Below, piece after piece: positions 20,436 to 29,975 of a stretch of DNA of 64,000 bases (its first letter is position 1; each line of letters starts with the position of its first letter). Under the pieces are notes generated by a model. It searched no databases and was not told where the DNA came from. It saw nothing but the letters and a program-made list of their open reading frames with translations. The position numbers were made by a program, and so were the translations under genes. Source of the stretch: an uncultured Gemmatimonadales bacterium (GTDB taxonomy: Bacteria; Gemmatimonadota; Gemmatimonadetes; Longimicrobiales; RSA9); assembly GCA_963798845.1 (NCBI GenBank), contig CAWCUS010000002.1, forward strand, positions 480,001-544,000, given 5' to 3'.

Positions 20436-22232
20436 TCACCCGGTGGCGACCTCCCCCCTGGAACGGTCGGTTTCGTCTTCCTCGGGCGTGCGCAGCGGGT
20501 AGCGAGCGAGGAGAGGGTGGAGGTCGAGCGGGTCGGTGATCGGGTACGTGAGCGGGACGAGGCCGGGGGCGCTCAGCAGGAACGGCCAGAACTGTCGGCC
20601 GCCGAGGGCCCCGTGCGCGCCCACCTGGTCGTCGAAGCAGACCTGCAGGTCGCGCTCCGGATCGTAGGCGCCGAACAGCACCAGGTCGCCGGCGTTGCGG
20701 AGGCGGACCAGGTGGAGGATGGCGCGGCGCTCGCGCTCCCCGGTGGCGTAGATCGCCAGCGGGTCGTCGCCCGAAAGGACCTCCACTTCGCCCCCGGCGG
20801 TGACGAGGGCGCGGCCGCGCTCGTTCTCGGCGTGGACGCCGTCCAGCATGCGGGTGAGGACCACGCCAATGCCGCTGTGCGCGACCAGGAAATAGTAGAG
20901 GGCACGGCGGTCCGGGTCCTCGCGGATCTCGTCGAACGCGAGGGGGCGGGCCGGCTCGGTCCAGTAGACGTGGGCGAGAGACGAGGAGTAGGTGAGGACG
21001 AGCTGGTGCTCCTCGAGGGGACGGACCACTTCCGCGGTGAGAGGGAATACGCGGTAGTGCTTCCGGATCCAGCGGGTGAAGCTGCGGCTGGCGGAGCGGG
21101 TGGGCGGGCTGGCGCCGGCGGCCACGCCCTCGAGCTCGCTGACGAGGAACTCCACCGCTTCGCGGGGCGGGCCGTACTCGCCGGTGTTCGCCATGGTCAG
21201 AACGCCCTTCTTGACTGCGCTCAGGACCGTGTCTCCGAGCGTTTCGCCGTAGCGGATCCGGTAGGGCACGGCGGGCGTCTGGCCGTGGTCGCTCAGGATG
21301 TAGACGTCGTATGGGCGGCCGGGGAGGCGGTTGATGAGCTTGAAGATCTCCTTGATCCGTCGGTCCAGCGCCCGGAGGCTCTTGTACGCGGTGCGGGAGG
21401 AGGGACCGAAGTGGTGGGCGAACTCGTCGTAGGCGTTGTAGGTGCTGTAGATGGCGGGGACCCCCGTGTAAACGTCCAGGAGGATCGCGAGCGTCTGCAG
21501 CTCGCGCAGCACCACGTTGGTGCCGATGTGGAGGAAGGGCAGGTACCACCAGTAATAGGTGGCCTGGCCGCGGAACTGGCTGATGAGCCGGTCGCGCTCC
21601 TCGCGCAGGTACTCCAGGACGGCCACGACCGCCATGCGCAGCGTGCGGATCGGGTGGAGCAGGAGCAGGAGAAGCACGCGACGGCCGCCCAGGTTCGCCA
21701 GGAACGTGCGACGGTTCCGGTCCGAAAGCGTCCACACCGCCCGCTCAGCGCCGCCGTCGTACAGGTTGACGTAGCTGGAGCCGCCGTCGAGGATGCCGCG
21801 GTCGGGGAGCCGGTCCCGGATGTACTGCATCGAGGACTGCTGCGAGCCGATGAGGACGCGGCGGTCCGCCTTCTCGTAGAAGCGGAAGGCTGGGATGCGG
21901 TCCTTGGTGCCGTGGAAGATGGCGGCCTGCGCGGCGGGCGTGGCGCTGGGCAGCCCCGCCGGATAGCGGCGTACCTCCCAGCCGTCGCGCTGGATGAGGC
22001 GGTGGAGGAAGGGGAGATGGCCAGCCGTCAGCGCGCGCTCCAGGTCCTCGTGGGCCAGAGCGTCGATCTGGATCGCGACGAAGCCGCGCCCTCGCTCCTC
22101 GTTCCGCTCCCGCTGCCTGCGCCGCTCGCGGGCGAACGGGAGGTACTTCAGCCGGTAATATGCCAGATAGAAGCGGCGGCGGAGCCGGGCGAGCCACCCC
22201 GCCTCCGGGTCGTTCCACCGACGGCCGCTCAT
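20436..22232 (-). CDS. Alkaline phosphatase superfamily (type I phosphodiesterase-like) protein
   Basis: IQIDAL, PSATPAAQ, DEFAHHFGP, LSDHGQ, HGALGG metal-binding motifs. Confidence 0.82.
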   Translation of the reverse strand: MSGRRWNDPEAGWLARLRRRFYLAYYRLKYLPFARERRRQRERNEERGRGFVAIQIDALAHEDLERALTAGHLPFLHRLIQRDGWEVRRYPAGLPSATPAAQAAIFHGTKDRIPAFRFYEKADRRVLIGSQQSSMQYIRDRLPDRGILDGGSSYVNLYDGGAERAVWTLSDRNRRTFLANLGGRRVLLLLLLHPIRTLRMAVVAVLEYLREERDRLISQFRGQATYYWWYLPFLHIGTNVVLRELQTLAILLDVYTGVPAIYSTYNAYDEFAHHFGPSSRTAYKSLRALDRRIKEIFKLINRLPGRPYDVYILSDHGQTPAVPYRIRYGETLGDTVLSAVKKGVLTMANTGEYGPPREAVEFLVSELEGVAAGASPPTRSASRSFTRWIRKHYRVFPLTAEVVRPLEEHQLVLTYSSSLAHVYWTEPARPLAFDEIREDPDRRALYYFLVAHSGIGVVLTRMLDGVHAENERGRALVTAGGEVEVLSGDDPLAIYATGERERRAILHLVRLRNAGDLVLFGAYDPERDLQVCFDDQVGAHGALGGRQFWPFLLSAPGLVPLTYPITDPLDLHPLLARYPLRTPEEDETDRSRGEVATG

Positions 22233-22606
22233 CGCCGCAGGAGCGTCGGGAGCTCGCGGAGGAGGTCGGCGGGAGCGACGGGCTTGGCCATGTAGCGGTC
22301 GCAGCCCGCGTCCATGCACGCTCGCCGCTCTCGCTCGCCCACGCGTCCGGTCAGGGCGATCACGGGCGTGCTTTCGAGATCGGGATCGCGGCGCATGGTC
22401 CGCACGACGTCGAGCCCCGGGGCGTCGGGGAGCCCCAGGTCGAGGACCACCAGGGCGGGGAGCCGCTCCCCGACAATGCGGATGGCGTCGCTGGCGCGGC
22501 CGGCCTCGAGCACCTGGTAGCCGGCGTCCTCGAGGAGGAGCTTGAACGCATCCCGGAGGAGGTCGTCGTCCTCCACGATCAGGATTGTGGGGTCGAAATC
22601 CGGCAT
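22229..22606 (-). CDS. Single-domain response regulator (CheY/DivK-like)
   Basis: ILIVEDD, VLDLGLPD, IALTG, GCDRYMAKP. Confidence 0.88.
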   Translation of the reverse strand: MPDFDPTILIVEDDDLLRDAFKLLLEDAGYQVLEAGRASDAIRIVGERLPALVVLDLGLPDAPGLDVVRTMRRDPDLESTPVIALTGRVGERERRACMDAGCDRYMAKPVAPADLLRELPTLLRR

Positions 22607-22623
22607 CGCTGGCACGTTTCCCT

Positions 22624-24504
22624 TCACGACGAGGAGGCCGCGAGGGCGTCGGCCCGTGTCTGATCGTCGCCGCCCTCCAGGTCCTCCTCGAGCAGCTGGC
22701 GGCGGAGGAGGGTGGCGTAGACGCCGCCGGCGCGGATCAGCTCCTGGTGGGTCCCGCGCTCGGCGATGCGGCCGTCGTCGAGGACCAGGATGAGGTCCGC
22801 GTCCATGACGGCGGTGACGCGGTGGCTGATGATCAGCGACGTGCGCCTGGCGAGCACGTCCTTGAGCCCGTGGAGGATGCGTCGCTCGGTCTGGGTGTCG
22901 ACGGCCGACAGCGCGTCGTCGAGAATCAGGATCCGGGGATCGCGGGCCAGGGCGCGGGCCAGCGTCGTGCGCTGGCGCTGCCCGCCGGAGAGGTTGACGC
23001 CGCGCTCGCCCAGCCGGGTCTCGTAACCGTGCGGGAACCCGGCGATGGCCTCGTCCAGCTGGGCGATGGAAGAGGCGGCCCTCACGGGCGCCATGACGTC
23101 GTCGCGCGCGGCGCGGTCTATGCCCAGCGCAATGTTGTCGGCGATGGTCTCGCTGAACAGGAACGCGTCCTGGGGCACCAGTCCGATGGCGGTCCGGACG
23201 CGCGACAGCGGGAGCTCCGGGAGTGGGACGCCGTCCAGGAGCACCTCGCCCGCGGTGGGGTCGTAGAGCCTCGCCACGAGGGCGACGATCGTGGACTTCC
23301 CCGATCCCGTCGGGCCGACCAGCGCCGCGGTCGCGCCCGCGGGGATGGTGAACGACACGCCGTCCAGCACGTCGCGCTCGGTACCGGGATAGTGGAAGTG
23401 GACGTCGCGGAACTCGATGGCGCCTCGCACGCCGGCATCGGCGGCTCCCCCGTCGGCCGGAGCGGCACGCGCGGCCCCGGATCCGGGCTGGCCGTCGCGC
23501 GCTGCGGCCGCCCCATCGTGGCCGGGGAGCGCATCGAACGCGCCGATTTCGGGCTTCGCCTCGAGCACGGCCAGCACGCGGTTGAGCGAGGCGGCGCCGC
23601 GCTGGTAGAGGTTGACCACCCACCCGAGGGCGATCATCGGCCAGATCATCATGGTCAGGTAGAAGCCGAACGCCACGAAGTCGCCAATGGTGATGGTTCG
23701 GGTCATGACGAGCCGGCCGCCGACGTAAAGCACCACGAGCATGCCGAGCCCGGCCATGAACGACAGCGACGGGTAGAACGCGCCCGTGGACACGACCAGG
23801 TCCACGTTGCGCCGCAGGTACTCCCGATTGAGCGACCCGAACACCCGCTCCTGCTCCTCCTCGCGCGTGTAGGCGCGGACGATGCGCGCGCCGGCCAGGT
23901 TCTCCTGCACCATGGTGGTGAGCGAGCCCAGGTGCGCCTGGATCCCCTCGTACTTGACCTGGATGAGCTTGCCGAAGTAGAGGGTGACAGGGGGGAGCGC
24001 CACCATGGGGATGAGGGCGAGGCCGGTGAGGAGCGGGCTGACGGAGAGCATGAAGGCGAGGGCCAGCGCGCCCAGGACCACGGTGTTCACCGTGTACATG
24101 ACGGCGGGGCCCACGGCCATGCGCACGCTCAGGATGTCGTTGGTGGCGCGGCTCATCAGGTCGCCCGTGCGCCAGTGGCCGTAGAAGGTCGCGTCGAGGC
24201 GCATCAGGTGCTGGAAGAAGCGGTCGCGCAGGTCGGTCTCGATACGGCGGGAGTAACCGTTCAGCAGCTCGCGCATCCCGTAGCGTGCGGCTCCGCCGAT
24301 CACGGCCACCCCCACGATGAGCCCGGCGTACCGGAGGATCACGTCCATGGGGGGCGAGCCCGCTTCGATCACGTCGATGGCGCGGCCGACCAGCCGCGGT
24401 GCGAGGATGGCGAACACGTTGGCGACCACCACCAGGAAGAGACCGAAAGCGTATCCGCGTCTGTACGGTCGGATGTAGGGGTAGAGTCGCTTGAGCTGGA
24501 GCAC
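22624..24504 (-). CDS. ABC exporter, fused permease/ATP-binding protein (MdlA/YheI-like)
   Basis: TM domain, GPTGSGKS, LSGGQRQR, LILDDALSAVD. Confidence 0.93.
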   Translation of the reverse strand: MLQLKRLYPYIRPYRRGYAFGLFLVVVANVFAILAPRLVGRAIDVIEAGSPPMDVILRYAGLIVGVAVIGGAARYGMRELLNGYSRRIETDLRDRFFQHLMRLDATFYGHWRTGDLMSRATNDILSVRMAVGPAVMYTVNTVVLGALALAFMLSVSPLLTGLALIPMVALPPVTLYFGKLIQVKYEGIQAHLGSLTTMVQENLAGARIVRAYTREEEQERVFGSLNREYLRRNVDLVVSTGAFYPSLSFMAGLGMLVVLYVGGRLVMTRTITIGDFVAFGFYLTMMIWPMIALGWVVNLYQRGAASLNRVLAVLEAKPEIGAFDALPGHDGAAAARDGQPGSGAARAAPADGGAADAGVRGAIEFRDVHFHYPGTERDVLDGVSFTIPAGATAALVGPTGSGKSTIVALVARLYDPTAGEVLLDGVPLPELPLSRVRTAIGLVPQDAFLFSETIADNIALGIDRAARDDVMAPVRAASSIAQLDEAIAGFPHGYETRLGERGVNLSGGQRQRTTLARALARDPRILILDDALSAVDTQTERRILHGLKDVLARRTSLIISHRVTAVMDADLILVLDDGRIAERGTHQELIRAGGVYATLLRRQLLEEDLEGGDDQTRADALAASSS

Positions 24505-24636
24505 GGTCCGATCCTGAAGAAGGCCGCAGAGCCAGCCCGTTCGCTGGCCTGCGGCCTTTCGGTGGCATGTCGTTTGCCCCTAGCTTAACCGGATACTGAC
24601 ACCCGTACAAGTCGTTCGGGAACCCGGAGGTTGGAC

Positions 24637-25497
24637 ATGCGACGCGGCAGAATCGTCACCACACTGGCACTATCGCTACCGTTGCTGGCGGCTCCGCTTG
24701 CGTGCGGGGATAACAACGACCGGCAGGCTCTGGAGCAGGACGAGCTGGATCGCGATCTGAATGTGGCCCTCGGAGGGGACAGCGTGCCGGCCACGTTCGA
24801 GGACACCGCGGTCGCGCCCACGGAGAACCCGACGCCACAGCGTCAGCCGCAGCCGTCGCCCACGCCCCAGCGGCGCCCGGCGACGCAGCGGCCGCAGACG
24901 ACGCAGCCGCGCACGCCCTCGCCCGAGCCGCGCCCATCGCCGCAGCCGCGCACCGTGACGCTCACGGTCCCGGTGGGGACCACGTTCGCCGTGCGGATGA
25001 ACGATGAGCTGTCGACCAAGACGTCATCGACAGGCGACGCGTTCACGGCCACGCTGAGCGCCCCGATCGTCGACGCCAGCGGCACCGTCATCGTCCCGGC
25101 CGGCGCCACCGTGCGTGGACGCGTGACGGCGGTGTCGCCCTCCACACGCGTGGGGCAGACGGCCGCAATGAAGCTGGCGTTCGAGGCCATCTCCTTCGGC
25201 GGCGAGAGCTACCCGCTGCAGGGCTCCGTCGAGCGCGCGGACGTGCAGCGGAGCAACCGCACCAGCACCGCCGAGACCGCGGGGAAGGTCGCCGCGGGCG
25301 CGGCGGCCGGGGCGATCCTCGGCCAGGTGCTCGGGAAGAACACGTCGTCCACGCTCAAGGGCGCCGCGATCGGCGCGGCGGCCGGCACCGCGATCGCCAT
25401 GGGCACTTCCGACGTGGACGCCGTCCTCCCTCGTGGTGCCGAGGTCGTGGTCCGCGTGGACCAGCCGATCACGGTGACCAAGACGGTGAGCCAGTGA
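24637..25497 (+). CDS. Putative lipoprotein with a Pro/Gln-rich linker and glycine zipper
   Basis: Lipobox PLAC; TVPVGTTFAVR...LS beta domain; GAAAGAILG...GAAIGAAAG. Confidence 0.75.
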   Translation: MRRGRIVTTLALSLPLLAAPLACGDNNDRQALEQDELDRDLNVALGGDSVPATFEDTAVAPTENPTPQRQPQPSPTPQRRPATQRPQTTQPRTPSPEPRPSPQPRTVTLTVPVGTTFAVRMNDELSTKTSSTGDAFTATLSAPIVDASGTVIVPAGATVRGRVTAVSPSTRVGQTAAMKLAFEAISFGGESYPLQGSVERADVQRSNRTSTAETAGKVAAGAAAGAILGQVLGKNTSSTLKGAAIGAAAGTAIAMGTSDVDAVLPRGAEVVVRVDQPITVTKTVSQ

Positions 25498-26279
25498 CCG
25501 GTGCGGCGACGGTGTCGCCGCTTCGTGTCCGGATCCGGAGCCGCCCCCGGATCCGGGGTCGTGCCCGGATCAGGATTCGGGGTCGTGCTCGGATTCCGGG
25601 TCGTGCTCGGATTCCGGGTCGCGCCCGGGTTCGTGCTGTCGCACGGCGCGGGGTGGTTCGGGTGGTCCGCCGGCTCGGTCTCTTCGCCCTGGCGGCGCTG
25701 GCGGGGCTGGCGGGGCCGGGGCGCGCTGCTGCGCAGAACACCTGGGTCTCGGCGTGGGGCGGCGCGCTCATGAGCCCGTCCACCGTGCACGACGGCGAGA
25801 GCGGGACGGTCTGGGATTTCGGGACGAGCTTCATGGCGGGCGCGGGCGTGCAGCACCTCTTCGGCCGCAGCCTGGTGGTGGGAGTGGACCTGGGGTACGC
25901 CCCCGCGCGCTACGAGCTGCGGCCCGAAGAGGTCGCGCCCGACAGCAACGCGGCGGACGCGGTGGAGAGCGGACGCGCAGGCGTGCTCACCACGATGCTC
26001 AGCGGACGGCTCGGCGCGGGTGGCGGCGGCGACTTCTTCACGTATCTGGGCGGCGGGATCGGTGCGGTGACGTACCATATCCCCGCGCTGGACCGCTGGG
26101 ATCCCGATCTTGCGTTGCGCGCCGGCGGCGGCCTCGAGTACCGCGTGTCGCGCCCGGTTGCGCTGTTCGTCGAGTGGAACCGGTGGTGGGTGTTCCACCA
26201 GTCGGAGGGGGTGGACGACACCACCGGCCACTTCTCCAACCTGCAGATCGGGGCGCGCCTCGCCCCGGCCGGGTGGTGA
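25494..26279 (+). CDS. Outer-membrane beta-barrel protein (start uncertain)
   Basis: Signal peptide ending AAAQ, amphipathic strands, YLGGGIG, C-terminal QIGARL. Confidence 0.65.
   Translation: MTGAATVSPLRVRIRSRPRIRGRARIRIRGRARIPGRARIPGRARVRAVARRGVVRVVRRLGLFALAALAGLAGPGRAAAQNTWVSAWGGALMSPSTVHDGESGTVWDFGTSFMAGAGVQHLFGRSLVVGVDLGYAPARYELRPEEVAPDSNAADAVESGRAGVLTTMLSGRLGAGGGGDFFTYLGGGIGAVTYHIPALDRWDPDLALRAGGGLEYRVSRPVALFVEWNRWWVFHQSEGVDDTTGHFSNLQIGARLAPAGW
25524..25637 (+). repeat. Degenerate 18-bp tandem repeat
   Basis: Units like CGGATTCCGGGTCGTGCT, about 6 copies, reading RIPGRA/RIRGRA. Confidence 0.75.
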
Positions 26280-26293
26280 GCCGAGCCCGCCGC

Positions 26294-27235
26294 ATGACCC
26301 CCGACCCGCCGAGCCGACCCGAGCCTCCACCCACTCCAACCGTTCCCCCGCACCTTCCCGGCGCACGGCTGGACCGCGCCGCCCACCTGAGGGGGCAGAC
26401 GCTCCCGCCGGGGAGCCTCCAGGTCCTCACCGTGTACGGCGCGCGGGCGCTGCTGCGCGACGGCGAGCCCGTTCTGCTGCGCGACGACGACATTCCCGCC
26501 GCGCCACCGGTCGGGCCGCGCTCAGTGCGGCAGCCCGCGTTGATCTTCCTCGGCGAGCGCGAAGGCGTCCTCTACGCCGCGCGCTCCGCCGGCGACGACG
26601 CCGAGGCGCGCGTCATGGAGGAGGAAACCGGCGGCCGCTTCGAAGGGTTGCGCACCCTCGCCGCCCGGCTGGACCCGGAGCTGGCGGCGCTCTATGCCTA
26701 CGCCGCGGCGCTGCACACCTGGCATGGACGCGCGAGATACTGCGGCTCGTGCGGCGCGCCTACGCGTCCCGAGCTGTCCGGGCATCAGCGCGGGTGCACG
26801 TCCGAAGCGTGCGGGGCTGTGCTCTTTCCGCGCACGGATCCGGCCATCATCACGCTCCCCTGCGCCGGCGAACGCTGTCTCCTGCTGCGCCAGCCAGCCT
26901 GGCCGGAAGGGCGGTTTTCCACCCTCGCGGGCTTCGTGGAGCCCGGTGAGACGCTGGAAGCCGCCGTCGCCCGGGAAGTGGCCGAGGAGGTCGGCCTTCG
27001 CGTGGTGCGGACCCGCTACGCCTACTCGCAGCCATGGCCCTTCCCGCACACTCTCATGGTGGGCTTCCGCACCGAGGTCGAGCCCGGCGACGTCCGGCTG
27101 GGCGACGAGATCGCCGACGCCCGCTGGCTCACCCGCCCGGCGCTCCGAGATGCCGTCGCTTCCGGCGACATGACCATTCCGCCCCCCTTCGCCCTCTCCC
27201 GCACCCTCATCGAGGACTGGCTCGACGAGGTGTAG
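26294..27235 (+). CDS. nudC: NAD(H) diphosphatase (Nudix)
   Basis: YCGSCG zinc site, FPRTDPAII, AGFVEPGETLEAAVAREVAEEVG, SQPWPFP. Confidence 0.92.
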   Translation: MTPDPPSRPEPPPTPTVPPHLPGARLDRAAHLRGQTLPPGSLQVLTVYGARALLRDGEPVLLRDDDIPAAPPVGPRSVRQPALIFLGEREGVLYAARSAGDDAEARVMEEETGGRFEGLRTLAARLDPELAALYAYAAALHTWHGRARYCGSCGAPTRPELSGHQRGCTSEACGAVLFPRTDPAIITLPCAGERCLLLRQPAWPEGRFSTLAGFVEPGETLEAAVAREVAEEVGLRVVRTRYAYSQPWPFPHTLMVGFRTEVEPGDVRLGDEIADARWLTRPALRDAVASGDMTIPPPFALSRTLIEDWLDEV

Positions 27236-27344
27236 GTCGGCGGCGGTCGGGGCGGGCGGCGGCGCCGCGGCTGCGCCGCTGGTGTGGCGCTTGCGGCCGG
27301 GTCGCCGGTGAACCGATCCGACCCCCTCAACCGGGAGATGCACC

Positions 27345-27695
27345 ATGGTGGAAGCCGCAGGGAAGGAATTCTCCACGGAGATGGCGGAGTGCATCGACGC
27401 ATGCACCCGCTGCCACCAGGTCTGCCTGACCGCCTCGGGGCATGCACTCCGCCACGGCGGGCAGGAGAACACCAATCACCTGATCCGGGTCCTCTCCGAC
27501 TGCGTGGAAGCGTGTCAGACGGCTGCCAACTTCATGCTGCGCGGGTCACCCAATCACAGGAAGACGTGCGGCCTGTGCGGCGACATCTGCCGCGAAGTGG
27601 TGGAGGACTGCCGGAGCTTCGACGATCCGGTCATGAAGCGAGTGGCCGAGACCGCCACCCGCTGCGCCGCGGCTTGCGAGAAGATGGCCGCCTGA
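27345..27695 (+). CDS. Four-helix-bundle Cys-rich copper-storage protein (DUF326/Csp3-like)
   Basis: Repeated CxxxCxxCxxxC pattern. Confidence 0.85.
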   Translation: MVEAAGKEFSTEMAECIDACTRCHQVCLTASGHALRHGGQENTNHLIRVLSDCVEACQTAANFMLRGSPNHRKTCGLCGDICREVVEDCRSFDDPVMKRVAETATRCAAACEKMAA

Positions 27696-27713
27696 GCCGC
27701 TCCGCGTTCTCCT

Positions 27714-28904
27714 TCACGGCCGCCCGGCGCCGAGTGCGCGGGCGGCGCAGGCGGCCAGCACCGCGGCGCCGAGTGGGAGGACGTCCTCGTCGAGATCCAT
27801 GGTGGCGCTGTGGAGCTCGCGGGGGCCGTCGGCGGGGGCGGCGCCGAGCCAGAGGAGGGCGCCGGGCGCGTGGCGGAGGAGGATCGCGAAGTCCTCGGTG
27901 CCCATCATGGGTGACGCGGTCCAAACGCCGTCCGGGCCGAGCAGCTCGCGGGCGGCATCGCCGGCGAGCGCGGTCATGGCGGCGTCGTTGATGGTGGGCG
28001 GGTAGCCGTCGCGGAGCTCGAGCTCGTGCCCTCCGCCCATGGCGTCGGCCACGGCAAGGGCGCGCTCGAGCCCGGCGCGCAGACGGCGCCGGACGTCGGG
28101 ATCGAAGTAGCGCAGGGTGCCGTCCATGGAGACGCGGTCCGCCAGCACGTTCTCCGCCGTCCCGCCCCGCACGGTCCCGATGCTCAGCACGCCGGATCGT
28201 GCCGGCGAGATGGCGCGCGCGACCGCATTCTGGGCGGCGAGAACGACGTGGGCCGCGAGCACCACGGCATCGACCCCTTCGTCGGGACGGGCGCCGTGGC
28301 TGGCCCTGCCCAGGACGTGGACGGTGAAGGTGTCGCTCCCGGCCATGATGGCGCCGTCGCGGACGAAGACCTTGCCGGACGAGAGGTGGGGCGCCACGTG
28401 CAGCGCGAACACCGCGTCGACGCCGTCCATCGCTCCGGACTCCACGAGGTGCGCCGCCCCGCTCCGATTCTCTGCGTCCGCTTTCTCCTCGGCGGGCTGG
28501 AAGAGGAGCCGGACGGTGCCGGCCGGCAGCTGGCCCGCGTCGGCGGCGGCCGCCAGCAGCCGGGCCGCGCCCACGAGCATGGCCGTGTGGGCGTCGTGGC
28601 CACAGGCGTGCATGACGCCGTCGTGACCGGAGCGGTAGTCGACGTCGTTCTGCTCGAAGATCGGCAGCGCGTCCATGTCCGCGCGCAGGGCGACGATCGG
28701 CCCACCGCCCCCACCGATCTCGGCGACGACGCCGGTCCCGCCCACGCCTCGCCGGACCGCCCAGCCGGCCGCCTCCACGGCGTCGGCGGCTACACCGGCC
28801 GTCCGCTTCTCGCGGAAGGAGAGCTCCGGATGGCGGTGGATGTCGCGGCGGAGCGCGCTCAGGTCGGCGTGGAAGCTGCGGGCGTGGCGGAGGAAGTCTC
28901 GCAT
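27714..28904 (-). CDS. M20 family amidohydrolase (Acy1/YhaA-like)
   Basis: HRHPELSFRE, LRADMDALP, MHACGHDAH, FQPAEE, TEDF. Confidence 0.92.
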   Translation of the reverse strand: MRDFLRHARSFHADLSALRRDIHRHPELSFREKRTAGVAADAVEAAGWAVRRGVGGTGVVAEIGGGGGPIVALRADMDALPIFEQNDVDYRSGHDGVMHACGHDAHTAMLVGAARLLAAAADAGQLPAGTVRLLFQPAEEKADAENRSGAAHLVESGAMDGVDAVFALHVAPHLSSGKVFVRDGAIMAGSDTFTVHVLGRASHGARPDEGVDAVVLAAHVVLAAQNAVARAISPARSGVLSIGTVRGGTAENVLADRVSMDGTLRYFDPDVRRRLRAGLERALAVADAMGGGHELELRDGYPPTINDAAMTALAGDAARELLGPDGVWTASPMMGTEDFAILLRHAPGALLWLGAAPADGPRELHSATMDLDEDVLPLGAAVLAACAARALGAGRP

Positions 28905-28939
28905 CGGCGTGGGGCCAGGGATACCTTCAGACCGGCCGA

Positions 28940-29947
28940 ATGTACCGGAACGACGCGGAAAACAGCAACCCGACGGGCGACGCCGCATCCCCGGGTGAGG
29001 GTGAGCCCCGGGGCGGCGCGGGCGCCGAGATCCAGGCGCATGCCCGCCTTACCGAGCAGCGGAACCCCCGCAGCGCGCGGATCGACGCGCTCTCCACGCT
29101 GGAGATCGTCGACCTGATCAACGCGGAGGACCGCATGGTGGCGCAGGCTGTGGCGGAGGAGCGCCGCGAGATCGGTCGCTGCATCGACCTGGTCGTGGAG
29201 TGCTTCCGGGCGGGGGGCCGGCTGGTCTACGTGGGTGCGGGGACGTCGGGTCGCCTGGGCGTGCTGGACGCGGCGGAGATGCCCCCCACGTACGGGACGG
29301 ACCCGTCGCTGGTGCAGGGCGTGATCGCCGGCGGGTACCAGGCGCTCGTGCGGGCCAGCGAGGGCGCCGAGGACGACCGCGCTGCGGGCGCCGCCGCAAT
29401 GGACGAGCGGGAGGTGGGCGCGAGCGACTTCGTGCTGGGGATCGCCAGCTCCGGCACGACGCCGTATGTCCATGGCGCGCTGGAGCGGGCGAGGGAGCGT
29501 GGGGCCAGGACGGGCTTCCTGCTGTGCACCTATCCTACGCCGGAGCTGAGCGAGGCGCACGACGTGGTGATCGCGCCGCTGGTGGGCCCGGAGGTCATTA
29601 CCGGCTCGACGCGCATGAAGGCGGGCACGGCCACGAAGATGGTGCTGAACACCATCAGCACGGCGGCCATGGTGAAGCTCGGCAAGGTCTACGGCAACCT
29701 GATGGTGGACCTCCAGGTCACGTGCCAGAAGCTGCGCGATCGCGGGGAGCGCATCCTCATGGAGACGCTGCGCATCGACCGCCCGGCGGCGGAGCGGCTG
29801 CTGGAGGGGGCGGACGGCCACGTGAAGACGGCCCTCGTCATGGGCTGCCTGGAGCTGGACCGCCAGGAAGCCCGCCGCCGCCTGGACGAGGCCGGCGGCG
29901 TGATCACGCGGGTGACGGGCGACCGCTGCCGGCCACCGCGCCCGTGA
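28940..29947 (+). CDS. murQ: N-acetylmuramic acid 6-phosphate etherase
   Basis: TEQRNP, GAGTSGRLGVLDAAEMPPTYG, GPEVITGSTRMKAGTATK, GKVYGNLMVD. Confidence 0.95.
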   Translation: MYRNDAENSNPTGDAASPGEGEPRGGAGAEIQAHARLTEQRNPRSARIDALSTLEIVDLINAEDRMVAQAVAEERREIGRCIDLVVECFRAGGRLVYVGAGTSGRLGVLDAAEMPPTYGTDPSLVQGVIAGGYQALVRASEGAEDDRAAGAAAMDEREVGASDFVLGIASSGTTPYVHGALERARERGARTGFLLCTYPTPELSEAHDVVIAPLVGPEVITGSTRMKAGTATKMVLNTISTAAMVKLGKVYGNLMVDLQVTCQKLRDRGERILMETLRIDRPAAERLLEGADGHVKTALVMGCLELDRQEARRRLDEAGGVITRVTGDRCRPPRP

Positions 29948-29975
29948 TGCCGGCGCCCGGGGAAGGGGAGGCGCG

